Below, in pieces: positions 34,531-48,124 of a stretch of 64,000 bases of DNA. The position numbers and the translations under genes were made by a program. A model generated the notes under the pieces. That model did not search any database. It had not been told where the DNA came from and was given only the letters and a program-made list of their open reading frames with translations. Position 1 is the first letter of the stretch; every line of letters begins with the position of its first letter. This stretch comes from Mytilus californianus (taxonomy: Eukaryota): contig NW_026262685.1 in assembly GCF_021869535.1 (NCBI RefSeq), positions 1,488,001-1,552,000 on the forward strand. The letters run 5' to 3'.

Positions 34531-37500
34531 TATAACTGTATATATAAAATCATTATTCTTTCCAGCCATCATCATTTGTTTTAACTTTACAAAAAACCTC
34601 TTATTCAACCAAATTTTACACAAGAGATTACTGAATTTCAACAGAGACAAATAAACATCAAACATCTTAACCAGATTATGTTATACACTTTTTTACATAT
34701 TTCTTGTCTTACTTTTTGGAAAGTGTATGTAATACATGTACCTGTAGTTGTAGATATTAATGAACTATTCACTGTTTATGTTCAACACTATAATCACCTT
34801 TTAATTGAAAAATACATAAGTATCAGACTGTTATAATCTGGCTTAGGACCAAATGTTTCTGTCGCAGTCTAAAAAAAATCTTATGCAGGTTTTATTATTA
34901 TTAAAATTATTACCAAAATATATGGTATGTTTATCATAAGATCCTTTATGTTATCCTGTTCCCACTGATGTATGTGTAGTTTGGGCTTCCAAACTTTTGG
35001 CATCGAGAATACAAGACACAATTTATTCTAGAGACATGTGTTGTGTGTAACAAATTTAATACTGGTATAAATTCACCACTAGATCTTAATCTTTATAAAA
35101 AAAAAACCTAGGCACTGTGAAAGTATCATTATTAGATGAAAATAAAATATGTTCATCAAAATAGTCTATGATCTGATATGGTCTCCACTTATGGCAACAA
35201 TTTAAAATCGTTACAAAATATTCAATATCTAAGTAACACTGGAATACCGACAGTTAAGACAAAAATAACATTTTCTGCATATTATAACAGACATAAAACA
35301 TATTCAATTTTCATTCAAATAAAAAAAAAAATAAGTAGGAAATTATAATAAGACAGCAGCCCAAGCAATATAAAACAAAACAAAATGAAAACCTAGAGAT
35401 GATATTATTCCTTCTCGGAAGATACAGCTTTCTTTCAAGATTTTATCGTTGTGTTTTAACTATGAATAAAAATATTTTGAAATAAAGCTGCTCAAAACTA
35501 GCTGTTCCTTTTTCACTTTCATCTAAAAATATGCCATTTATATAAAATATTACAAAAGTATAAAAATAATCAAAAAAGTGAAAATATGAATCCTAGATTA
35601 TGTATTACAATCAGTCACTAATGGTTTCTTTACTTCAGCTCATATTGTTTCAAATCGAACATATATACGTACTATCAATTCTTCCAATATTACAAGCACA
35701 TATGCTTGCTACATGCAGAAAAAGATCTTCATTTTTTTGTATGTTGCTGTGCCTAAAATTACTTATTTTACATAAAAATTACTTATTTTACATAAAAGAT
35801 ATGTTTTTAGAAAACTTAAAAATAAAAAGTATTTTATTATATTTTATTATACAACAGATGATAAGATCAATTGTTTCAAAAATAACTTCCTTAGGTATAC
35901 ATGCAAAAAAGTGTTTAATGCAATGCGATATAATGTAAATAATAAGCATGGTATTCGAATATACTCATACTTGAAATGTTTTAAAATTCTTAGAACTAAG
36001 TCAAGTAAATTGAAATAAATCATGATTTGTAACATCTATGAGTGTAAATTATTTGGAGAATATCATAGTAAATGCAAATTCACAAGGAAAAAAATGTATA
36101 TATATCAAAATTTTCATTGCTGTGACTTTTATTAAACATTCGTTATATTTATATTTTCATTGATTTAAAAAAAAAATATACATTGCAGATTAAACAATTC
36201 ATTTTTTTCATAGAAATTAAAATAAATAAATATGTTTACCTTCACTTTTAGTTATCCATTTAAATTGGTTTTTATTTTCCCTCAGAAACTAAATGTAACA
36301 TACATCTCTTGTTAATTCACTTTCATGTTTTTATAAACGTATAATCTTTAAATCTTGTTGTCATAAATCCGAGGATAAAAAAATTTAACTCCTGTACCCT
36401 CCAAGTGTGTTTAATGAAAAATACCTGTATCTCTGTTTAATGGTCTTTCAATTGATAATAGGGTGGAATGCCAACCAATCAGATTGTCTGTTACAAGTGA
36501 GTGATGACAGTACAATATCTTATGCTCAAATCAATGATTTTATCAGATATGTTTTTAAGAAGTTTTTCAGTTATGACAATGTCACAGTGATTTTTTGAGT
36601 ACCTGTTTTGCATGTTTTTACTCTTCAAATGTCATGCATTTTATAAAAGAATTTTGTGACATAATAATTGAAATTGAAAATTGACTGATTTGACACAAGT
36701 CAATTAAAGAAAACATTTTATTTGTGTTATGAGATCTTATCTTAAAACAAGATTTTTAAAAGCAAGAAACATTTAATATATGGCTTTTAACCAAATAGTT
36801 CTAATCCAATCCATTACAATAAAAATCAAATATGTTATGTTCATTAAAAGGTAAATAATATGAAGAGCCTTCAATAAGAAGATTCAATATTTTACTTGAA
36901 TCAAATTTGAAATTGTCTGCTTAAAATTTTCAACAATTAAAAACAAAAAGAGACTCACATATATAAACTCTTATACTTCGGAAATTTTATATTTAATAGA
37001 AACGTCTAATATTTTGAAAAACAGGATGAAATTTTCCATATATGAAGTATTTGTCATTGTTTCCCCTAATTATATATTTGCATGCTTAATCATTTTGTAA
37101 AAGATTAATAATTTACTTATACTTGCATAAAAAAGACAAATGTCTTACTCACTTGTTATACACAGCTTGTAAATTGAACTGTTTAACTCAACAAAAAAGA
37201 TAATCCTAAAGACACATGTGCTTCACTTTCAATCCTATATCAATTATTGATAAATATGTCTGGGTTCTTGTATTAAAAGTTCATAATTAGTAAATCAACA
37301 GAATTTATAATTAATGGACATGGTCAATATTTACTCAGGATTAGTAAGGTGAAATGGACACTGAAAACTCAATCAGAGTGACTAATTACACTCAATTCCT
37401 ACAATCATTACTCAAATTTTTAAAATATGACATTTTCTATTTGTAAATTTGTATATATTTTCTTCTTTCTTTTTATGTTTATTTCAACATTTACACTATT

Positions 37501-38153
37501 CAGTTGTATTTTTTATGATAATCACCAAGAGTACAAAAATATATAACATCTTCTAAAAAACAAATTTATTGACTTCACAAGGTTTCAAAATCTAAACATT
37601 CAAGTCTGTATTGTTTGGAAATTAAAAAGAAGAAAACTGATCAATTAAAGATTTAATTAGTAATACTATAACTATTAAAACACATTATACTATAACAACA
37701 CTTCAATCGTGAGTAAAAAAGACAAACAAGGAAAATTTTATACGAAAAATATTTGTTTGCTTGGTTCAGTATAGGACTTAAATCAGTCAAATGTGTTTGT
37801 TGGTATCATATAGGGGCTAAAATTACCCAAACACTGACCAAAAGTAAATAAATCTCTTTTTCATTTGAATCTACCTGAGAATATAGTACAGACAAACTAC
37901 CTGTAAGTCTGTAATCAACCCGGTGATGTACAACAGATGTAAAAATCACAATTAAATTTGAACAATTAAAAACAATTTATGGTCTGTTTTCATGACAAAC
38001 AATCATTTACATTTATCTATAAGTAACTGTACTTAATATATATATTGGCAAATCAGACAGCCCCCAGCAACAGAAGGTATGATTATTGAATAAAACCATA
38101 TTAATATGGAAAACTAATACCACAGAAACATAACAAAATATATCCATTTCTAC

Positions 38154-38296
38154 ATGCAAAAAATGTACCGATTACTTCTTGTTTTATTACATGTAAATAA
38201 TGCAAAAAAATGCACCGATCACTTCTTGTTTGATTACATGTAAATAATGCAAAAAAAATGCACCGATTACTTGTTTTTTTTTACCATATAAATAAT
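38154..38296. repeat. Three copies of a 46-48 bp unit (ATGCAAAAAAATGCACCGATTACTTCTTGTTTTATTACATGTAAATA)
   Basis: Units start at 38154, 38200 and 38247. Confidence 0.85.
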
Positions 38297-39804
38297 ACAA
38301 CTTTTACTGTTTGTTTTTCATTAACTTCTGCTGCTATAATTTGCCTGACATCTAAAATCACTTAACTATTAGAAAAATAAGTTGTGGTATAACTACCAAT
38401 AAGATAACTTTGTACTAAACAATATAAAAAAGAGGCCAACATAGATCATTCCACAAACTCTTTAAAAATAAACGAAACATTTGACATAAATTTGTTACTC
38501 ACAGACTGACTGACACACTGACATTGCAGAATACTAGTATAATTCCAATGTATAATCACTAAGCATGAGGTTTGATAATATGACAACTTTTACCATAAAA
38601 AATATTTCTTTCCCCAAACTGTATGAACATCCTAAAACGTTCTCATCTTTTGCAATTTGCCAGTTGCTTTCTATGAGAACCTGAACATCCTGTTACAAAC
38701 TGGGAGTATATGTTTACCATGTCTCAATGCCATTAATTGATAAACTTTAACTTTCATTTAAATTAGTGGTTAGTTAATTGTTTCCCCTTATCCGTTGTTG
38801 TTGTAATTTATCTTGGAAGCAAAACTTGACCATATCTAGGAATTAAAATCGGTACAATATTTTGCCTATTAACAAATGAGATTACTGATAAGTTTGACAT
38901 GTCAACCTGAAGTTAAAACTACCGTCTGATAGCGAGGATTACAGTAGCATATGCCAAAACTACAGGGCTTCTCAAATATCTTATTCTTTTACAATATATT
39001 CTATTTAAACTGAACTCCAATTTGAATATTATTAAGATTGGATCTGGACGTCAATGAACCTAACCTTCTAGTCACTGTGCATGAAATCAGCAGATTTTAA
39101 TCAGTATTTATCTCTGAAACAATTGTTTCAAAGGAAAAAAGCGACAGTAAAAACAAATTTTTACTGATATAACACCACAAAAAAGGAACTGTTGAAGGTA
39201 ATGTGATAAAAAAAGCTTCCAAGTCATATATAACTAGACTAGGTCTTATTTTATATTATTTGAGGTCTGCACGAAATAAGTATTCTTCTATTGGTATGAA
39301 GTAAAGACTTTCAAATGAACTAATGATATGAAGGTTAAATGTCAAAGGAGATTAAAGCTTCATGTTTTCACTTTCTGTTTTAATAAACTGAGGTTTGGCC
39401 TCCATAACACAAATCTTCAGATATCAAAACTTGTTCCTATTTTACACACAATAGTATCTAACTGTTGATATCAAGAGCCAAGACCTGAATATTCCGACAT
39501 TCGTTTCACATTGAAATGTGATTTAATCTTTCTTTTCAGTAAGAATTCAGAATGATAACTTAAAGACAGATTCCTCATGACAAATGCCATTGGATTTAAT
39601 GAGAATCAATACAAGTATGCACCAGAATAATGTCAGTCGTTACATTATGCCTTTTACTGACTGATCTCTGATTGTTACGTAGGCTACAGGCCACTAGAAC
39701 ACAATGAATTATTTGAGTTATACAAGACTGAACAATGAACCATAAAAGGAGGATGCATATGAAACAATAAATAAAAGCAAAGTATTTCAGAATATTTCCA
39801 CATT

Positions 39805-40620
39805 AATTTGCAAAGTGTTCAAGAGGTTGTCAATTTGCAAAGTGTTCCTGAGTTGATCTTGAAAACATTAACATGCCAAGTGTTCCTGAGTTGATCTTGA
39901 AAACATTAACATGCCAAGTGTTTCTGAGTTGTACATATTGAAATGCTAAGTGTTCCAGAGTTTTTTTTTATCAATATGCCAAGTGTTCCTAAAGTGTACA
40001 TATTGAAATGTTAAGTGTTCCAGAGTTTTTTTTTATCAATATGCCAAGTGTTCCTAAAGTGTACATATTGAAATGCTAAGTGCTCCAGAGTTTTTTTTTA
40101 TCAATATGCCAAGTGTTCCTAAAGTGTACATATTGAAATGCTAAGTGTTCCAGAGTTTTTTTTTATCAATATGCCAAGTGTTCCTAAAGTGTACATATTG
40201 AAATGCTAAGTGTTCCAGAGTTTTTTTTTATCAATATGCCAAGTGTTCCTAAAAGTGTACATATTGAAATGCTAAGTGTTCCAGAGTTTTTTTTTTTATC
40301 AATATGCCAAGTGTTCCTAAAGTGTACATATTGAAATGCATAGTGTTTCATAAATTTACCTATTTTTTTTAATGTCAATTGTTCAATAGTTGTATATATT
40401 AAATGCCAAGTGTTCCTAAGTTGTACATATAATATGATATTGAATGCCAAGTGTTCTATAGTTGTACATATTGAATGCTAAGTGTTCCATAGTTGTACAT
40501 ATTAAATGCCAATTGTTCCTTAGTAGTACATATTGAAATTTAAAGTGTTCCTTAGTAGTACATATTTGAATTCCAAGTATTCCATAATTGTATGTATTGA
40601 AAGGCTCAATATTGGAATGC
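39805..40620. repeat. ~32-bp minisatellite with a homogeneous ~65-bp A/B dimer core
   Basis: ATGCCAAGTGTTCCTAAAGTGTACATATTGAA alternates with ATGCTAAGTGTTCCAGAGTTTTTTTTTATCAAT; A units at 39976, 40041, 40106, 40171, 40236 and 40304. Confidence 0.93.
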
Positions 40621-40648
40621 AACATGTTACATAGTTGTAAAAGAAGAT

Positions 40649-40888
40649 GATTGATTGATTGGTGTTTAACGCCACTTTCAGCACAATTGGTAATTGTGTG
40701 GCATTCAGTTTTTATTGGTTAGAGTTCCCTGGTAAGAGAGAACCAACATTTTCAGCAGGAAAAACTTTGTCAATTATGATTGGAGTCGAGTGCACCTGCA
40801 ACATGCAGGGTTCAACTCACAACCTCAGTGTTGACAGGCTAGTGATACAGTAGTTGAACTACTTAGACTACTCAGCCACAAAGACCCC
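40649..40888 (-). mobile_element. Third SINE copy (near full length)
   Basis: (GATT)n tail, same body as the 16346 copy, degenerate A and B boxes. Confidence 0.8.
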
Positions 40889-41688
40889 ATGTACAAGAAG
40901 AAATGACAACTGCAACATCGTTGTACATTTTCTGAGAGTAAGTGAAGTGTTATTATTTACAAATCAAAGGAACATTTCCATTCCAAATGTTCCAGAATTT
41001 ATGTGCTCCCGTATTGTAAGTTGTACATATAAAAATCCAGATGTTGTACTTATTGAAATTGCCAGTATTCAATAGTTATAAGTATTTAATGTATCAGTAC
41101 TACATTATACTGATAAACAGAAAAATATGTGTTTATAAATGTATTATCACCAAAAGAATTTCATGTCAACCAGATTTCACTATCTATATTAACAGAATGA
41201 CATGATGTCAAATGAAAATCTATATTTTCTTCCAAAAACAAAATAAAGCAAAAAATTAAAATAACCACTTTCTAAAGCATGAAGTTCAGGATCATCTTTT
41301 ACATGGAAAAGACAAATTTTATGTTTAAATTATTTCCAAATGGTCAATAAATTGGAGAAAAGTTGGCCATAAAATTGATACTAATCTCTGTCAGAAGACA
41401 TTTGAATGTTCTCAGCCTTAAAATGAAGCTTTTACACATTGTCATTAATAATCTGTGAAAAAGTATTCTGTTATTGTCCTTAATTATCTGAGGGGAAGAA
41501 ATAAAATATTTCATGAGTTTAGAGTAGAAAACCTGTGGGAAATAGTATTGAAATAGTTGTGTGTGTGACTCTCATTAAATTTTACACTTTATGCAAGAAT
41601 TAATGTCCCTATTCAAAATTATGATTTTGTTCCATTCAATTTTTTCATGTAATAATATTTTTGAAGAAAAGAAACTCAATTATAACAA

Positions 41689-43007
41689 TTATGGGAATTG
41701 TTGGTGACCTTCTCCTGTGGCTTAAAGATTACTTGTCGAACAGAAAACAAAGGGTTGTCATAAACGGAGTAGAATCTTCCTGGGCGGATGTAAATGCTGG
41801 AGTACCCCAGGGTTCAATTCTTGGGCCCTTGTTGTTCCTCATTTATATTAATGACATTATTAACGAAGTAAGCTGTAAGATTAAACTATTCGCGGACGAT
41901 ACATGCATCTATGCTGTTGTAGATAATCCACTAGTTTCATCGATTTCTTTACACTACAACTTGCGTAAAATAAATAACTGGGCGGATAAATGGTTAGTAA
42001 ATTTTAATCCGTCTAAGACAGAATCCATTGTATTCTCACGAAAAAGCGAACCAGATTATCATCCACCTTTGAATATGAATGGCGTCATAATAAAAAGAGT
42101 TCAAACTCATAAGCACTTAGGATTAACTTTCTCGAGTGATGGAACATGGAATCATCACATCGAAAAAATTACATCAAAGACATTACCCCGACTAAACTTA
42201 CTGCGTCGCCTAAAATTTAGGCTACCCGATCAGTTTAGAAACATACACCAGTATAGAACTCGTTACGCAAATAATTTTCCATCAGTACCCTGTCGAACTA
42301 CTTATTATATGAATAGTTTCCTTCCATCAACAGTTCGACTTTGGAATAGCCTTCCCCTAGATATAAAAAATGCTGGTTCTATCGCTCCACTAAAAGCCTT
42401 TCTTAAGTTAAATCATTCTATACCAAATTATTATTATGCAGGCAGTAGACTAGGTCAGATATATCATGCCCGAATCCGTACCGAGAGCAGTAGTCTTAGA
42501 GATCACTTGTATCAAAAAAATTTGGAATCAGACCCATTTTGTAAATGTAAACAGATAGAAACCTCGGAACACTTCCTTCTAAACTGTCCCATTTATCATC
42601 GAACTCGTGAAGCCCTTTATGTTAACCTAGTTGGTACACTTAACATAGATACGTTACTTTATGGTGATCCGAACATTACAGATATAGACAATCAAAACAA
42701 CTTTCTTATTGTTCAAGACTATATATTGAAAACTAAGAGATTCACAAAATAATTCTTGTTGGCTCAACAACATGTCACCCAATATCAAAAAATACTATCT
42801 GCATTATATGTTAATTTCCATTACATTTGATTTCTTTTTCTATGATATTATGTTATATGATTGTACATTTTCTGTCCATTGTAATTAATTTTGCCGTTCA
42901 AAAGGAGAGGAATTTGTATAAGTGACTTGTCACTTGTTTTCCAATCCATGTATTGTATTGATGTACATATTTATTTATCTGTTTCTAAATAAAATATTGT
43001 TTACACT
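41689..43007 (+). mobile_element. 5'-truncated non-LTR retrotransposon (CR1/L2 group) with partial RT, C-terminal CCHC-type motif and 3' UTR
   Basis: GVPQGSILGPLLFLIYINDI, KLFADDT, HKHLGLTF and C-terminal CKCKQIETSEHFLLNCP; AATAAA near 42988; 11-bp TSD AATTATAACAA at 41678-41688 and 43008-43018. Confidence 0.92.
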
Positions 43008-43530
43008 AATTATAACAAATTTCCTTTACCAAATCCTATTTGTAAAATATTTTATGTCGCACGTTAAACTTCTGTACACCATTATATTCACACCTAATTC
43101 AAAATGTTTATATTTAATGATACAAACATGACCGTAACAACTTTTTAATTTGTGAAAAATTCTTTTTAACAGTCAGAATATAAGTGCATTGAAATTCAGC
43201 TACAATTGACTGAACCCACAGTAAGAAATAACGGGATCTTCTTAAAATATTTTTCACTATTAATGCAAATCTACTTTCTAACATGACATTTAATTTATTG
43301 GAAAAGATTAATTCTAACCCAATATTAACTGTTTTTAAGAGGTTTATGTAAAATGACATCATTGCTGACTTCACAATGAATCAATTTTTGACAACTAATT
43401 TAAACATATGAAGTAAAGAAATCATTCTGATTGCCCACAGTGTTCTTACATTAATTTTCATAAATCAATTTTACAACAAATATCATCTTTGGACTCAGTG
43501 AAAAAAACTCAATCAAAGTATAAACTAAGG

Positions 43531-43568
43531 CAAGGATTTGTATAGTGAGAACACTATACAAATCCTTG
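43531..43568. mobile_element. 38-bp remnant of the P-like family (21 bp left TIR + 17 bp right TIR)
   Basis: CAAGGATTTGTATAGTGAGAA + CACTATACAAATCCTTG; 7-bp TSD ACTAAGG at 43524-43530 and 43569-43575. Confidence 0.85.
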
Positions 43569-43914
43569 ACTAAGGTCATGGTATGTAAAACTGTGACGAA
43601 GATTAAGAGTGAGCAAAATCAACAGAATGAAATCTGTTGTTTAAGTTTACACTTTCTAAGGGAAGTCTAGATCATTCTGTGTAAGATCTTTTGAGATCAA
43701 CAAAGATGATTAGTATTACCTAAAAAGTTTATGACAATACTTAAGGAAAAGTACTGTAGCACGACTGCTTAAAAGTCATTTCTGGACTGGAAAAAATCTT
43801 CTCTTACAAGCTACTCTGTGATATCACTTACCAATCAGCGAATCAATTCATCCTGAAATATGGTTTTGACAAGCGTGGTATGCATTTTAACAACAAAACA
43901 TAGGCTTCACTTAC

Positions 43915-44045
43915 CATAGAGTATGGGTTTTGCTCATTGTTGAAGTTTGTACGGCACCCTATAGATGCTTATCATCCTCTTCCTTTCGTCTCTGGTGGAT
44001 AGTTGTCTCATTGGCAAATATACAAAATCTCTTTTATTTTATATA
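43915..44045. mobile_element. Family A copy
   Basis: GTATGGGTTTTGCTCATTGTTGAAG...GTCTCTGGTGGATAGTTGTCTCATTGGCAA. Confidence 0.75.
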
Positions 44046-47000
44046 CATATATGATGTTGTTTTCTAAATCAATATTTTGTGGGGATTGATATAATACTCA
44101 AGACAACATTAAATTAGGGAATCATTCAAAATGGCCCTTGTGAGCTTCAGAAAATAAACACACTTTTATTGATTGTGTTATCCATTAAGGGAGGTTTTAT
44201 CTGCTTTTCTTAAACTTTTTCTGTTTGGTTGTCCTGTTTGCATGTAACTGAAGTTTCAACAACAAAAAAATAGGAAATAATCTAGACAAAGGTTCTCGTT
44301 TTATTCAACAAAAATCATAAAATTCTAGGATTTTTTTTTTGGAAGTCTGACAGTCTTTTTTAGAACTTGCAGGGACTTTTGTTCCCTGGCAATAATCTAA
44401 AAATGCCATTTGACGTCAACAATCTCCCACTCATATCATCATAATACCAAGAAATAGGTTATGGTTTTAATAATTTGTTTCTGGAAATCAAATTTCTGTT
44501 ATATAATATAGAAAGCTAAATATAAGTTTCATATTTCAACAAAAGAATTTTGTAGATTTTTATCAATGTTTGAAAAAAAATCTTTATCCTTACACATTAA
44601 AACTGATCTCTAAATAATGAGTTTTCTATTTGCTTCATTTCCACTTTCAGGCATTCTGTATCATTACATAAAATGTTAACTGTTGTACCATATAATTACA
44701 GTAAAATAACATATTATGCAAACTTTTTATATCCTGTGTAAGCTGTGCATTTAAGGAAACAATATATCACCAACACTAAGCCCAAGTCAACACAGTCAAA
44801 CAATACATACTAATTTAATGGCAGATTTTGTTCCTTATTATGTATAATATATAGTCTCAAAACATGATCTCATCTTGTATCAATTTTCACCTAGGTACTT
44901 AGTACTATAATTTATCTGATACTGAATCAGTCCTTTCCTCTAATTTTACCGCTGGAAGCATTGTTCGCCATTTAATTACGTTTTTCTTTGACCAAATTTG
45001 TGTTTATCCACTGTCAATATCTAAGACTCTGGACTCGTCAACATAAACATGTCATACGATAGTCTATGTCATGCCTCTTATTATCCTAACCTCGTCAAAT
45101 CAACCGGCAACATTTTTAATTTCTCTAAAATTATTTCATCTTCTGAACCATGAAAAAGATTTCATGACACAGAACTACAAAGTAATACGCCTTTAACCAG
45201 ATATTGTCCATATGATATGGATGATGTCCAACAAAACATTTTCAATTTGTAGATTTTTTTCATCTGATTCAAGTCAATGAAATGGACATTAGCGGTCTAC
45301 GATCAGAATGTTACAAATGAACGACAAATTTCACATTTAAATGGCGAGATCCTTCTGTACTGGGACATTACTTTTATACCAGAGATGCAATCTTTTAACA
45401 AATGACCACAACATTAAGATAATTAATTTCAATATGACTCAAGTACAAACGATTTGTTTCCTCGTCTCTAGTCTTTGGTGAAATTAGACATATGTAGGTG
45501 TGGAAATAAGTAAAATTCAATCTGATTAACATTCAGTAAAATATCTTGTATTCACTTACTGATAAAATAATACTCTAAATTAAAATATTGGTCCAAGGTA
45601 CTATCTTATGTCATTAAGTCACTACCATCTATTTTATGTACTTCTAAAACAATCAAAAACACAAATGCATTTTTTCCATTCTGTCTAGAGTATCTAAAGT
45701 ATCATTATAAATGTATGTAGTTCTTTGGTTTAACAAATGTCAAAACTTATCTTGGGAAGTTAAAAGATTGACAAAATATCTTAGAGAGAACAAATCTATT
45801 TCCTTTTGGACAGAAGCTTAAACATTGAAATGATAACCTTCTCAAACTTGACTTCCCCGTGTCAACATTGAAACAGGAGACAGGGAAACCAAAGGTCCCC
45901 TAAATATCTAACTTCAGATCAATGCATACATCAACATTTTTTTCTGCATTTTTAGGTACAAGAAATCAATTTCTGAGTAAAGATATTGTATTTTTATTTA
46001 TCATTTATGACAGTTTTAAACATGACTATTTCAGTCATTATTACAGGATTGTCAGCTACATGTGACAATTGAAGAATATTAATTAATTATTCAAACAAGG
46101 TGAATATAAAATGTTCCACCGATTCAATACTTCCAATATTTTTGATTGACGGAATCAGCACAGAGACGAAGGCATGACTTAATCAATTGAATGTTTTACA
46201 CAATGCAACTTTCAAATATACCTTTAAGATCATGTTATCGACAATTTAAACATTTGCAATTGTCAATAAACAGCATGAAAAGTAAATTAAAAATTTTAAT
46301 AATAAATAATACACATAAAATCTACTTTAGAAACTTAAAAATGTTAAAAGATAAGCCAAGTCTGAATTCATTTAAACAAGAAATAATATTATACGGAACA
46401 TAATATACTTTCTGTTCTACCAATAAAATTTAAAACTTATTTGAATGTCAAGTGACAAGTATTTTAATTGTAAGCAAGACTATATTTCAATTAAAAATAA
46501 TTACAACTATAATTACTTAAAGTTCTATTTTGTTGTTTATTTTCAAAAATTCTTTAACAATATTAGAGGTGATATTCAATGTAGCAAACTGAATCAATTT
46601 CATATTTTTGTATTAATCAATATCAAGTCTGGCATCTGTTAAAGTTGTATCAAGTACAGAACAAATTGTTAGTGCAATAAATATTCTTAGGACATTAAAT
46701 TACATATATTTTTCAAAATCAATCAAGATGTACTAAACTTAGTGTCTATCCACCAAGAGTGGTCCTGCATGAATATTAATGATATATTTGCAAGGGAATG
46801 TTCAGCAAACAATAATAAATTTAAGGGATCATCCATACATGCCAACCATTTCCAAAGTATGCAAAGTGCACTCCATTGCGAAGTAGAAAATTCAACAACA
46901 ACTTTTATCCAGCTTATTTACTGTATTAGTCCAGAAATATTTAGGTTTTTCTATAAGTTTATATATTATTCTATTGAAAATGATTTTTGTCGGAGGGAGG

Positions 47001-47085
47001 GCTTTAAAAGAAGTGTGTTTTGCACGCTTGGAAAATGGTTGACAACTATGGATGGACGACCCCTAAATAAATATAAATATGAAAA

Positions 47086-47135
47086 CTAGGATTTGTATAG
47101 TATTGTACTATAGTATTGTACTATACAAATCCTTG
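47086..47135. mobile_element. 50-bp remnant of the P-like family (16 + 16 bp TIR ends with 18-bp filler)
   Basis: CTAGGATTTGTATAGT + ATTGTACTATAGTATTGT + ACTATACAAATCCTTG; flanks ATGAAAA / ATGAAAG (6/7 match). Confidence 0.8.
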
Positions 47136-48124
47136 ATGAAAGCAGTTTTCATACTTATGTTAAAATAGGACTGCTACTAAATTATCAAAAACTTTTATCA
47201 ACTTTGACTGTTTGAATGGGCTACTTTTCCATGGTCAACGTTTGGTAACTTTAAAAGAGGATAAAGAGATAATACCTGTTATGATAAAAGTACTGATAGT
47301 ACTGTTGACTTAGTACCTTTACTTAGCATCTTGTTACTAATCCTTAGTTAATATTTCTTTATATTATCCACAGGATTATTCACCAATTATCTACTTCAGC
47401 CCTAGTCATCTTGACATTAAATAGATTTATAAACAAGCCATCTTGTACTGATAAGTTGTCTAAGAACAAATGCAAACTTTTTTAAATCTTAAATTTGTTT
47501 TCTGTCTTATTAGGGTGTTGATTTTACTGCACACTTTTATAACCTTGTTTACTGTAAACATTAGGGATTACTGCCTTAGTTGAGTATTGAGGTTCTTTTA
47601 AACAGTATTTTGAGTTTCATAAACTGGTGGTGACATTGATTTTAGTAAATATCATGCCATTTAATTAAGCTTTAAATTTCTTTTGTAAATTCAAGTAAAA
47701 AATAAGAAATAAAACCCTTTCATAATAAAAATGTTATATTTTCCCTTATTGTATTATTCTTGTGATGTGCTTCTATAATTATTGGTCTCATAAAGAGATA
47801 TACTAAATGATGTTATTTGGTAATCTTAACTAGGTGCATGGGTTGCAATCTGCATTTTGTGATTTTCTGTCAGCTTTAATGTTTGAGTAAAAAAACAAAA
47901 TCCCTATACATTGTAATTGCCTTTAATCCATAACTTTAGGATCAGATCAAACCCCTCAATAAATCATTTATAACTAATCATAATGTATACTACAAAACAC
48001 AGTGCCAATAATATATGTACAAAGCCTGGTAAATGTTGGGAATCTGCATTGGACTAAATTTACAAGTTTATGTATAAAACTAAATAAAACATGCATTGGG
48101 ATAAATTTACATGTTTATTTATAA

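Noticed and set aside
37153-37205. Possible - strand non-coding exon (tgtgtctttag ... CAA|gtgagt)
   Set aside because: Weak acceptor; chance donor matches are expected over 35 kb of AT-rich sequence.
41661-41688. Start of the 363-aa ORF as a real gene start
   Set aside because: The TTG start lies outside the TSD in flanking DNA; the ORF is a truncated LINE fragment.
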